In this document: positions 14,909-23,406 of the stretch, piece after piece
How positions within the stretch are numbered: the stretch's first letter is position 1
Layout of the letters: every line of letters begins with the position of its first letter
Virus record (IMG/VR): IMGVR_UViG_3300017613_001174
Source: a virus
Direction: 5' to 3' (one strand)
Length of the DNA stretch: 42,133 nucleotides
Position numbers and translations under genes: made by a program
Notes under the pieces: model-generated
Databases searched by the model: none
Told to the model about the DNA's origin: nothing
The model's input: the letters and a program-made list of their open reading frames with translations, nothing else

Positions 14909-14968
14909 CTGGTTATTATTAGGCGAGCGTTTTTTTATGTATTCAACAAATGATTAACAAAGTGTGTT

Positions 14969-15343
14969 ATGGGAAATCCAAACTGGGTACAGGGCGTTTC
15001 AGGGAACCCAAATGGAAGACCAAAAGGGGCGAGATCAAGGAACCAGGGCGACCTATTAGACCGTATTGTGGATGTTTGGAACGCTCTCGAAAATGACGAT
15101 TCTACAAAGCTTGAGACTCTCGCAAAGGAAAACCCACAATGGTTCTATAAGCACTTTCTATCCAAGATGATACCCCGCAATATCGATATAGGGCTATTTG
15201 CTGGGAGGTCCAGCGACCACAACACAATTACAGATGCAGACCTAATCGGCATTATCCGTAATGGCAATGGCAACGGTAAGCAACCACCAGAACCGAAGTT
15301 AAAAAGGGCTGGAAACGGTTCGACACGCTCACATAAAAAATGA
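14969..15343 (+). CDS. Putative small terminase / DUF5681-like protein
   Basis: N-terminal GNPNWVQGVSGNPNGRPKGARSRN motif. Lies immediately upstream of TerL. Confidence 0.5.
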   Translation: MGNPNWVQGVSGNPNGRPKGARSRNQGDLLDRIVDVWNALENDDSTKLETLAKENPQWFYKHFLSKMIPRNIDIGLFAGRSSDHNTITDADLIGIIRNGNGNGKQPPEPKLKRAGNGSTRSHKK

Positions 15344-15350
15344 GTGATAA

Positions 15351-16823
15351 ATGGGCCAAATATCTCCTAAAATAGCCGCAAAGCTCCTTAGACACCGTAG
15401 ATTATGCCGTTCAAACCTATCCCCATTTGTACGTGGCACCTTCCAAATCGTTTCCCCAGGCGACCAGTATAAGCATAATTGGCATATAGATGTTATCTGC
15501 GAGCACTTGGAGGCCGTATATAAAAAGCAACTATTCCGGCTTATTATAAACATGCCGCCGCGTTATATGAAATCCATATCGGCCAGCGTGGCATTTCCGG
15601 CATGGGTACTCGGCCAGGACCCGACTCAGCAAATAATGTGCGCAAGTTATTCCCATTTCCTTGCATTTAAACATTCAGGTGATTGTCGCTTAACAGTAGA
15701 AAGTCCCTGGTATCATTCTATTTTCCCAAATACTAAATTACAGATCGGCAATATCGAAAAACGGAAGTTTGAAACAACGGCAAAGGGCCATAGAGTCTCC
15801 ACGTCAGTGGGTGGCTCCACGGTTGGATTGGGTGGCAATATTTTAATAGTTGATGACCCGATTGACCCTGAACAGGCCTATAGCGAATTAGAGCGCGAGC
15901 GGTCAAACCGCTGGTATGATCAGACGTTCAGCACTCGGCTAAACGATAAAAAAACCGGCGCTATCATAATCATTATGCACAGGCTCCACCAGAATGATCT
16001 GTGCGGCCATGTATTAAAAAAAGCTGCCGATGATTGGACGGTTTTAAAGATACCCGGTGAATTCAAAAAAAAAGCTACTTATTGCGTAAAGTCTGTTACC
16101 GAAATTGCCGGGGCGCGGAAACGCAAGAAACATATTAAAAAAGATTCGTTGTTGCACCCTGACTATGAGGGCCGGGTTGAGATAGAACGAGCTAAAACAA
16201 CCCTGGGCAGCTATGGCTATTCATCACAATACCAACAGAACCCGTCTCCGGAAGGCGGCGGCATAATCAAACTAAAGTGGTTTGGGCGCTATAAATCGCT
16301 CCCGCCAATGAATGAGGTTGTGCAGGTCAGCCAGTTTTGGGACACCGCACAAAAATCCGACGAGGTATTACACGCTCCCTGGGTATGTGGCACATGGTAT
16401 TCGACATACACCCACCATTATCTGGTACATATTTATCGGGACTGGATGGACTATCCCACCGGAAAGCGCACATTAAAAAACCTGGCTACGAAATGGAAAC
16501 CCCACCAGATAGTGATCGAAGACAAGTCCACCGGCCAAAGCCTTATACAGGAGGTTGCAGGATTACCCACAATCCCGTTTGAGCCTGACGCCGACAAGAT
16601 AACCCGACTCAGCACCGAAAGTCCGCTGGTCGAGTCCGGCATTATCATACTGCCGGAAGAGGCCAACTGGCTATTTGAATTTGAAGAGGAAATCCAACTA
16701 TTTCCGAACTCGACATATAAAGACCAGGCTGATATGCTATCTATGGCGCTTAAGTTTTTCCGTACACGATTTCTAACTAACACGATCAATATAGGGGCCG
16801 GGGCCTCATCAATACCTCAATAA
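15351..16823 (+). CDS. terL: Terminase large subunit
   Basis: P-loop-like MPPRYMKS, Walker B ILIVDDPID, a C-terminal nuclease-like region, and the expected size and position. Confidence 0.9.
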   Translation: MGQISPKIAAKLLRHRRLCRSNLSPFVRGTFQIVSPGDQYKHNWHIDVICEHLEAVYKKQLFRLIINMPPRYMKSISASVAFPAWVLGQDPTQQIMCASYSHFLAFKHSGDCRLTVESPWYHSIFPNTKLQIGNIEKRKFETTAKGHRVSTSVGGSTVGLGGNILIVDDPIDPEQAYSELERERSNRWYDQTFSTRLNDKKTGAIIIIMHRLHQNDLCGHVLKKAADDWTVLKIPGEFKKKATYCVKSVTEIAGARKRKKHIKKDSLLHPDYEGRVEIERAKTTLGSYGYSSQYQQNPSPEGGGIIKLKWFGRYKSLPPMNEVVQVSQFWDTAQKSDEVLHAPWVCGTWYSTYTHHYLVHIYRDWMDYPTGKRTLKNLATKWKPHQIVIEDKSTGQSLIQEVAGLPTIPFEPDADKITRLSTESPLVESGIIILPEEANWLFEFEEEIQLFPNSTYKDQADMLSMALKFFRTRFLTNTINIGAGASSIPQ

Positions 16824-16833
16824 GGTTCTATTT

Positions 16834-19035
16834 ATGGGTATATTTGATATTTTTAGAAAAGACAGTGGCCAGCCGGATCAGCCAGCGCCGGTTCCCACCG
16901 GAGAGGTCGGCTATTCATTTTCCACTATATACACCAGCGGTGATTTCCCACGGTACAACCCCGATAGCCTTTTGATCAACCGAGGCCGGGCCATATATGA
17001 CAAAATGATGGAGGACGACCAGGTAAAAGCGGTAATGCTGTTCAAGCAGATGGCCGTGGTATCCCGCAAGTATTTTTTCGATGTCAAGGTATCGGATGAT
17101 GGAGTTAAAGATACGGAGCAAGAGAAGATAGCTGATTTTTTCCAGGTAGTTATCAACTGTATTGTGGGGTCATGGTCCGACAAACTGATCGAAATTTTAT
17201 CTGCTATGAAATATGGGTTTTCTGTTTGCGAGAAAATATTTATTCCCGTAAAGTATGATTCCCGCGAGTACTGGGGGCTGCAGGACATAAAGCTTCGCCC
17301 GTTTAATTCGTTTGATGGCGGATTTAAAACAGACAAGCATGGAAATATTACCACAATAGTGCAAATGACCGACGATGCAACCGAAATTAAAATACCGCCG
17401 AACAAGGTGATTCACTTTGTATATCAGCCGGATATAGATAGGCATTATGGCGAGAGTGATCTTCGGACCGCATACCGGCCGTATTGGTCTAAAGATGTGG
17501 CAATTAAGTTTGAGAATATCCACCTGGAACGTCATGCTCACGGTTTTATATGGGCACAGACTGACCCGGCCAAGGGCGCTTTAACCAGTAAGCAGATATC
17601 AGACCTTGAATCCGTACTAGACAATATTACGGCAAAAACATCCTTGCATGTTCCGGCATCCGTTGAAATCAACACGATCCAACCGCTACGGACAGACGCC
17701 TATAATCTCGCAATCCAGCGGCATGATAAGGCTATCGCAAAATCCTTACTGGTTCCCAACCTACTCGGCCTATCAGAGCAAGGCTCCACCGGGAGCTATG
17801 CGCAAAGCTCAACACAGTTAGAAGCGTTTTTTTGGATACTGGACTTTATGGCCAATCGTTTGGCCGAGGCATTAAACGAGCAGTTATTTCGAGACCTTTC
17901 GATATGGAACTTCGGGACAGAAGATTTTCCACAGTTTAAATTTGAGCCGATCTCAGACTCCAAAAAGCTTGAAATCATCAAACAGTGGAACGAGATGGTC
18001 AAGGGCCACTCGGTTACGAAATCAGATTCGGACGAGGCGTATGTACGTCAGATTATGGACTTTCCCAAAAAAGAGGAGCAGGGCGAATTGCCCGACGATT
18101 CTGATCATCTTCCGGTCGAGCAACCAGATGAAGTTGAACTCAGCGATTGGCTTTCCGGGAAGGACCGGCAGTTAATAAAAGAATTTGCAGAAAGCCCATG
18201 GATGCGCCGGGTAAATTTTGTGAAGATCGAAAAAGGTTTAAATGCTCAGGATATGGAATTTTCCAGGGAACTATCTATGGTCATGGGCCAGGTGCGCCTA
18301 TCACTTGAAAAACAAATAGTGAGTGTTGGTGGCACCCGGAGCTGGGGAAACGTAAACCCCAAAGAAGTCGGGAGCATAAAAATCCCGGCGACTCTCGTGT
18401 CAAAGATCAGAAAGGTGATCCGCACGAATACCGAGGCGTCATTGAATAGCAATTACGAAACGGCGAGGCGCGAGCTACCAGTTAAAAAGTTTGCAAAGAT
18501 AAACCCTGGGATGACAAAAGACAAAGCCATGCAGTATCTATCATCTGCCGCAATGCGAGGGGCACAAACGCTTGATCACGATGTGATAGACGCTATCCGT
18601 ATCGTTTTGCAGAATGCGATTAAATACGACAAGAGCCTACGAGACACCATCGCCTCACTTAATGACAATACGACCTTGGCAACCACATTACCGCAAATAG
18701 ATGCTGCCGGTCGCGCGGTGAATATACCAGCAAGGCTTGAGACCATAGCACGCACTAATACCGCTGATGCTATGAATCAGGCCAGAACGAGTCTATTTAA
18801 TAATCCAGAGCTGAAGGGGTTTGTCCAAGCGTTTGAATATGCAGCGATTCTGGATGATAGGATAACTGATATATGCGAGCATTTAAACGGGAAAAAACTT
18901 AGGGACTTTGCCAACTACACCCCGCCAAATCATTTTAATTGTAGGTCGATATTAATTGCGATAACAAAGGTCGATGATTGGAACGGGAAAGAGTCGGCGC
19001 CACCTTCACAACGGCCACAAAAAGGTTTTTATTGA
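16834..19035 (+). CDS. Portal protein (Mu gp29/DUF935-like) fused to a Mu F / SPP1 gp7-like head morphogenesis domain
   Basis: Portal-like N-terminal ~430 aa. C-terminal RTNTADAMNQAR...DDRITDICEHLNGK...PPNHFNCRS is a MuF signature. Confidence 0.8.
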   Translation: MGIFDIFRKDSGQPDQPAPVPTGEVGYSFSTIYTSGDFPRYNPDSLLINRGRAIYDKMMEDDQVKAVMLFKQMAVVSRKYFFDVKVSDDGVKDTEQEKIADFFQVVINCIVGSWSDKLIEILSAMKYGFSVCEKIFIPVKYDSREYWGLQDIKLRPFNSFDGGFKTDKHGNITTIVQMTDDATEIKIPPNKVIHFVYQPDIDRHYGESDLRTAYRPYWSKDVAIKFENIHLERHAHGFIWAQTDPAKGALTSKQISDLESVLDNITAKTSLHVPASVEINTIQPLRTDAYNLAIQRHDKAIAKSLLVPNLLGLSEQGSTGSYAQSSTQLEAFFWILDFMANRLAEALNEQLFRDLSIWNFGTEDFPQFKFEPISDSKKLEIIKQWNEMVKGHSVTKSDSDEAYVRQIMDFPKKEEQGELPDDSDHLPVEQPDEVELSDWLSGKDRQLIKEFAESPWMRRVNFVKIEKGLNAQDMEFSRELSMVMGQVRLSLEKQIVSVGGTRSWGNVNPKEVGSIKIPATLVSKIRKVIRTNTEASLNSNYETARRELPVKKFAKINPGMTKDKAMQYLSSAAMRGAQTLDHDVIDAIRIVLQNAIKYDKSLRDTIASLNDNTTLATTLPQIDAAGRAVNIPARLETIARTNTADAMNQARTSLFNNPELKGFVQAFEYAAILDDRITDICEHLNGKKLRDFANYTPPNHFNCRSILIAITKVDDWNGKESAPPSQRPQKGFY

Positions 19036-19041
19036 TAATCC

Positions 19042-19752
19042 GTGGTAAAATTAAATACTATAACAACGATTGAACTTTCATCTGCTTGTAATTTAAAATG
19101 CAGTTATTGTGTGAACAGGCTCATTGGTGTAAATTCAGATAGAGTACCAGGAATAATGAGCGATTCGGTGTTTAGTGCATCGGTAAAGCTTTTGAAGAGG
19201 TTGGTTGATAGAGGAACCCAAAAAGAAATCAGTTTAAACGGGAACGGCGAGAGCTTTTTAGACACATCACTCATAGAACGTGTTAAAACAGTAAGGAAGA
19301 TTCTCGGAGATAACAACTTATTGTTAATGTCAACAAATTCTACGCTTGTGACTAAAGAGATTGCTATTTCGTTGAAAGATGCGGGTTTGGATGAGATTCA
19401 TACGTCGATACATAAACCGGAAGCGGTTAGAAAGGCGTTGCCGATATTTTCTGATGCAGGGTTGAAAACCGTTATCAATGCAGGGGTTATTATATTTTCT
19501 CATAACTGGGCAGGGCAACTTGAAGATGAAAACAAAGTGCCCAAGGAAAGGTTGCCGGACATTCAATGCGACCCGCTTATTGACGGTAGAGGGTACGTGT
19601 CGGCAGAGGGGAACATAAGCCCATGTTGTTATGACTATCGGAATATAGGAGTATTTGGGACTGTATTTAATAAAGATATACTGGATAAAGAATACGGCGC
19701 ATATGAGTTGTGTCGTGGATGCCATCAGGTAATACCACCGGAATTATTATGA
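19042..19752 (+). CDS. Radical SAM enzyme with a SPASM/twitch-like C-terminal Cys motif (paralog 1)
   Basis: CNLKCSYC (19087-19110), NGNGESFLD, C-x13-G-x4-C (CDPLIDGRGYVSAEGNISPC) and CRGC. GTG start. Confidence 0.8.
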   Translation: MVKLNTITTIELSSACNLKCSYCVNRLIGVNSDRVPGIMSDSVFSASVKLLKRLVDRGTQKEISLNGNGESFLDTSLIERVKTVRKILGDNNLLLMSTNSTLVTKEIAISLKDAGLDEIHTSIHKPEAVRKALPIFSDAGLKTVINAGVIIFSHNWAGQLEDENKVPKERLPDIQCDPLIDGRGYVSAEGNISPCCYDYRNIGVFGTVFNKDILDKEYGAYELCRGCHQVIPPELL

Positions 19753-20486
19753 AAATTATTGAGACAATCAACACCATTGAGCTTTCGTCGGTCTGTGACA
19801 ATAAGTGCCAGTATTGCCCGGCGCGATTGCAGTCCGAGCATAGACTTACTGGCTTTATGTCATGGGCGACATTTAAGCACGCTATTGATAAAGCCTTAGT
19901 CTTTGCGCGAGCCGGAACACAGCGGGAAATCAACCTGTTCGGGGTAGGTGAGCCAACGCTGCATAAATATATAGTGGCTATGGTACGCTATGCCAGGGAG
20001 CATTTACCGTTTAATCAGGTTTTGCACCTGAATACCAATGGCAACACCATGACGATGCAACTCGCCAAGGACCTAAAGGACGCCGGCATCACGTCGATTG
20101 ACATAACGGGCCACGATCATGCTGTAACTGCAAAAACAATTAAAATATTCCGAGAATTAGAAATAGTTGGAAATTTGTCATATGATTTTGTCACTGCTCC
20201 GAACAACTGGGCGGGTCAAGTGGATTGGTTTGAACCTGACACCCGGCTACCAGTATATCGTAATAATCCCTGTCCGTGGCTGGAACGTGGCCAGGTTATG
20301 GTGATGAGTGACGGCCTTATCACGACTTGCTGCATCGATGCCTTTGGGCGAAACGTTATTTGCGACATATCAGACAACCTTGAAAATTTTGAGGTTGCAG
20401 AAAGTGAGCTATGTAAAAGCTGTCATCACAAAATCCCGGAAACATCATCAAAATTTGAGCAGACCTTAGACTTGATGGCGGTGTAA
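19749..20486 (+). CDS. Radical SAM enzyme with a SPASM/twitch-like C-terminal Cys motif (paralog 2)
   Basis: ATGA-coupled ATG at 19749. CDNKCQYC (19794-19817), FGVGEPTLH, C-x13-G-x4-C (CPWLERGQVMVMSDGLITTC) and CKSC. Shares TIELSS, GTQ.EI and NWAGQ with paralog 1. Confidence 0.8.
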   Translation: MKIIETINTIELSSVCDNKCQYCPARLQSEHRLTGFMSWATFKHAIDKALVFARAGTQREINLFGVGEPTLHKYIVAMVRYAREHLPFNQVLHLNTNGNTMTMQLAKDLKDAGITSIDITGHDHAVTAKTIKIFRELEIVGNLSYDFVTAPNNWAGQVDWFEPDTRLPVYRNNPCPWLERGQVMVMSDGLITTCCIDAFGRNVICDISDNLENFEVAESELCKSCHHKIPETSSKFEQTLDLMAV

Positions 20487-20507
20487 TTACCACGAAAGGA
20501 AATAATC

Positions 20508-21752
20508 ATGCCATATGATAGCAATGAAAAATTACCGGATACCGTAAAAGTTCTTCCAGATGCTGCACAAACGATCTGGCGCAATGCGTTTAACTCGGCC
20601 AATAAGTCTGGCAAAGATGACGAGTCTTCCTCCAAGATCGGATGGGGTGCCGTAAAGAACGCTGGCTGGTCAAAGGGTCAAGATGGCAACTGGGCCAAGT
20701 CGCAGAGTGACACCGGCCACGAATTCGATGTTGAGGTGATGTCGGTCGGAACCTGGAACGGTGACAAGTTCACAACCGAACATCTACAAAACCTTGCCCA
20801 CAACTTCGATGCGTTGAAGGATACGGTTAAGCCATTTTTAAAGCTCGGCCATAACCAGAAACAGGAAGATGGTAAACCCTCCATGGGCTGGGTTAAGGCG
20901 CTGAAGGTATCAGGTGACAAACTTATTGCAACATTAACACAAGTGCCTGAAGTTGTTTATAAAGCGATCAAGGGTGGGCGATATAAACGCCTATCAGCAG
21001 AGATATATTTCAATATGCGCGACAAGGCCGGTAATATCCGCAAGCGTGTATTACGAGCGGTCGCACTCCTCGGCGCCGATGTTCCCGCAGTCGATAACCT
21101 GGCAGATATAGACGCCTACTTAACTCAATCCATTCTGAATGAACAGTTTGACAAGGTAATGGCGTATACCTGGCAAATGAATAATTTTGATAAAAAAGAA
21201 CTAACTATCAACGGAATTGTAAACCAGACAAGAGGTGATACCATGGCTGATGATGAAAAGAGGGATAAAGAAATAAAAGAGTTTAAGGACCGCCTTGAAC
21301 TCGCTGAAAAAGAAAAGGCGGACGCCCAAAAACTGGCGGATGATAACGCCACCAAGCTGAAGGAATTCGAGGAAAATAAAGCCGCCGAAGAAAAAGCATC
21401 CAATGAGAAGGAATTTAAGGCTTTCTGTGAGGCGGCCGTGAAAGGCGGAAAGCTTACGCCGGCATCCAGGGACGAGCTCGTCAAGGGTTTCGTCTATGAT
21501 GCAAAGCAGGGGTATCTGTGTCCGTTCAGCGTGTTTAAAAAATACGTGGAAGACACAAAAATCATCCTTGATATGCGCGAGTATGGGCACGATACCGACA
21601 ACACAAATTATGGGGATGGTGCCACGGTCCAAAAGATCGTCGATACCAAAGCCACGGAATACGCAGCAAAGCATAAGGTTGATTACAGTACCGCAATGCT
21701 CGCTGTTCTGAACGATAACCCGAAACTTGCAAACGCTTACGTCAAAGAATAG
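20508..21752 (+). CDS. ChaB-like N-terminal domain fused to a Mu gpI-like prohead protease/scaffold
   Basis: MPY..KLPDTVKVLPDAAQTIWRNAFNSA...GWGAVK...GNWAK matches the ChaB pattern. GKPSMGWVKALKV...GRYKRLSAEIYF is Mu I-like. The C-terminal half has a charged coiled coil. Confidence 0.75.
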   Translation: MPYDSNEKLPDTVKVLPDAAQTIWRNAFNSANKSGKDDESSSKIGWGAVKNAGWSKGQDGNWAKSQSDTGHEFDVEVMSVGTWNGDKFTTEHLQNLAHNFDALKDTVKPFLKLGHNQKQEDGKPSMGWVKALKVSGDKLIATLTQVPEVVYKAIKGGRYKRLSAEIYFNMRDKAGNIRKRVLRAVALLGADVPAVDNLADIDAYLTQSILNEQFDKVMAYTWQMNNFDKKELTINGIVNQTRGDTMADDEKRDKEIKEFKDRLELAEKEKADAQKLADDNATKLKEFEENKAAEEKASNEKEFKAFCEAAVKGGKLTPASRDELVKGFVYDAKQGYLCPFSVFKKYVEDTKIILDMREYGHDTDNTNYGDGATVQKIVDTKATEYAAKHKVDYSTAMLAVLNDNPKLANAYVKE

Positions 21753-21784
21753 CCCTTGATTGGGCGCAGGAGGTGTAAAGAATT

Positions 21785-22159
21785 ATGGCAACTGAAAATA
21801 AAAATTGGTTCCTGACCTTTGAAGCGGCAGAGGATCTTTCATCGTTGGAGTACCAGATTGTTACGATTGCTGACGACAAGATTGCCAATGATGGCCAGGA
21901 AGCCACTGGGGTACTGGTATCTAAACCGAAATCAGGTGAACATGGATCGATCATGTTTATGGGGATCGGAAAGGCCAGGGCCGGTGGAGCAATCGCAAAA
22001 AATGGTGTGTTTAAGACCGTCACATCCGGGTATATCTCGGCGGCAACTTCTGGTGGCTGGGTAAATGGTCGCGCACTTGAGGCAATCACGTCAGGGAGTA
22101 TCGGTAAAATTTTCTGGCATGGCGTAAACCAGTATCAGGTTAGTTCGATTGATGGATAA
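21785..22159 (+). CDS. Head decoration-like protein (DUF2190-type)
   Basis: Small Gly-rich beta protein between the protease and capsid genes. RBS aggagg. Confidence 0.55.
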   Translation: MATENKNWFLTFEAAEDLSSLEYQIVTIADDKIANDGQEATGVLVSKPKSGEHGSIMFMGIGKARAGGAIAKNGVFKTVTSGYISAATSGGWVNGRALEAITSGSIGKIFWHGVNQYQVSSIDG

Positions 22160-22175
22160 AAGGAGGTGATGAGTA

Positions 22176-23138
22176 ATGGGAGCACGAGGACACGATTTAC
22201 ATATTGACCAGCCACTGAGCAACGTGGCAATGAGCTACAGGCCGGAGGGCATGATCGCTGATATTGTAGCGCCGGAGGTTCCGGTGCAAAAGCAATCAGA
22301 TTCATATACGATATGGTCACAAGCCGATGCCCTGCGGACTGAGGACGATAAACGAGCCCCGGGAACCGAGGCTAACCTGATCACTCGTGGTGTATCAAGT
22401 GATACGTATTTCGCCAATAACTTTGCGCTGAAATCCGCATTGACATTGGAGGACCGCGAGAATATGGACGCCGCTTTCATCCAACAGTTGCGAAACGGCA
22501 AAGTTGAATACATCAAAGATAAGCTGACCCTTAACTGGGAAAAACGTCTTGCGGACAAGGTGACGAGTGGCTCAAATGTTGGCAGCTATTCAACAATAGA
22601 TTCTGACTGGCAAGATTATACCACGGGCCAATCAGATCCTATCGGAGATATGCAAACGGCGATTACCAATGTTCAGGATGCCACCGGGTATCGTCCCAAC
22701 CGTTGCCTCATGGGTGGCCTTGCTTGGCGTCATTTCCGAAGGCATGAAGACGTTATCGATCTTTTGTATGGGTCCTCTGGCCAGGGCAAAGTCCGTTATG
22801 CCTCACGCGAACAGGCAAAGGAAATCTTCGAGGTGGATCAACTTATCATTGGTGAAACATACTACAACAGCGGCGCTGAAGGTCAAAGCCTAGCATTGCA
22901 ACATATGTGGTTAGATTATGTCTTGGTCTATTATGCACCTTCACGGCCCTCTCGGGAAACGCCCAGTTTCATGTATTCATTTCGTTGGAAAAAACCCGCT
23001 ATCCCAAATATGGCGGCAGAGGTTCATCCGTTCGACCGCAAGACAAAATCAGAGGAGGTCGAGCTTGGCTATTACCAGGACGAAAAAATCACTGGCGCTA
23101 ACCTGGGGTTTCTTTTAACTCATGTAACCAGCGTTTAA
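22176..23138 (+). CDS. Major capsid protein
   Basis: Size, position after the protease and decoration genes, strong RBS, and a strong hairpin downstream. Confidence 0.8.
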   Translation: MGARGHDLHIDQPLSNVAMSYRPEGMIADIVAPEVPVQKQSDSYTIWSQADALRTEDDKRAPGTEANLITRGVSSDTYFANNFALKSALTLEDRENMDAAFIQQLRNGKVEYIKDKLTLNWEKRLADKVTSGSNVGSYSTIDSDWQDYTTGQSDPIGDMQTAITNVQDATGYRPNRCLMGGLAWRHFRRHEDVIDLLYGSSGQGKVRYASREQAKEIFEVDQLIIGETYYNSGAEGQSLALQHMWLDYVLVYYAPSRPSRETPSFMYSFRWKKPAIPNMAAEVHPFDRKTKSEEVELGYYQDEKITGANLGFLLTHVTSV

Positions 23139-23171
23139 CCATCGTTCTTAACAGACACCCATAGCAGAGGA

Positions 23172-23199
23172 GCGACCAGTCTCACGCGAGACTGGTCGC
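23172..23199 (+). terminator. Perfect 12-bp hairpin after the capsid gene (attenuator or stabiliser; no U-tract)
   Basis: gcgaccagtctc acgc gagactggtcgc. Confidence 0.5.
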
Positions 23200-23220
23200 C
23201 ATTCAAACAGGAGTTATCAC

Positions 23221-23382
23221 ATGCTGCGCGATGATGCGATAAAAAAGGGCTTGATAAAGCCAAAGGATAAAGAAGAGGCCGACCGATTCGGGATGGATTT
23301 TCAGCCGGTCAACATACCGAAATCCGAAAGACCAAACGTGTCGACGACTCCAAAGTATCGGCATAAAAAGAAATCAAGATAA
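23221..23382 (+). CDS. 53-aa basic peptide (below the ORF-track cutoff)
   Basis: ATG 7 nt after caggag. Hand translation gives MLRDDAIKKGLIKPKDKEEADRFGMDFQPVNIPKSERPNVSTTPKYRHKKKSR. Confidence 0.35.
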   Translation: MLRDDAIKKGLIKPKDKEEADRFGMDFQPVNIPKSERPNVSTTPKYRHKKKSR

Positions 23383-23406
23383 AACAGGATATTGGGTGAT
23401 ATCTAA

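Noticed and set aside
16911-17541. Minus-strand ORFs inside the portal gene. Similar ones lie inside the scaffold (21125-21674), GT fusion, tape measure (30117-31277), fibre (36213-37556) and beta-helix genes.
   Set aside because: All are embedded antisense in long, well-supported structural genes. They are Ser/Ala/low-complexity mirror translations. Treated as spurious.
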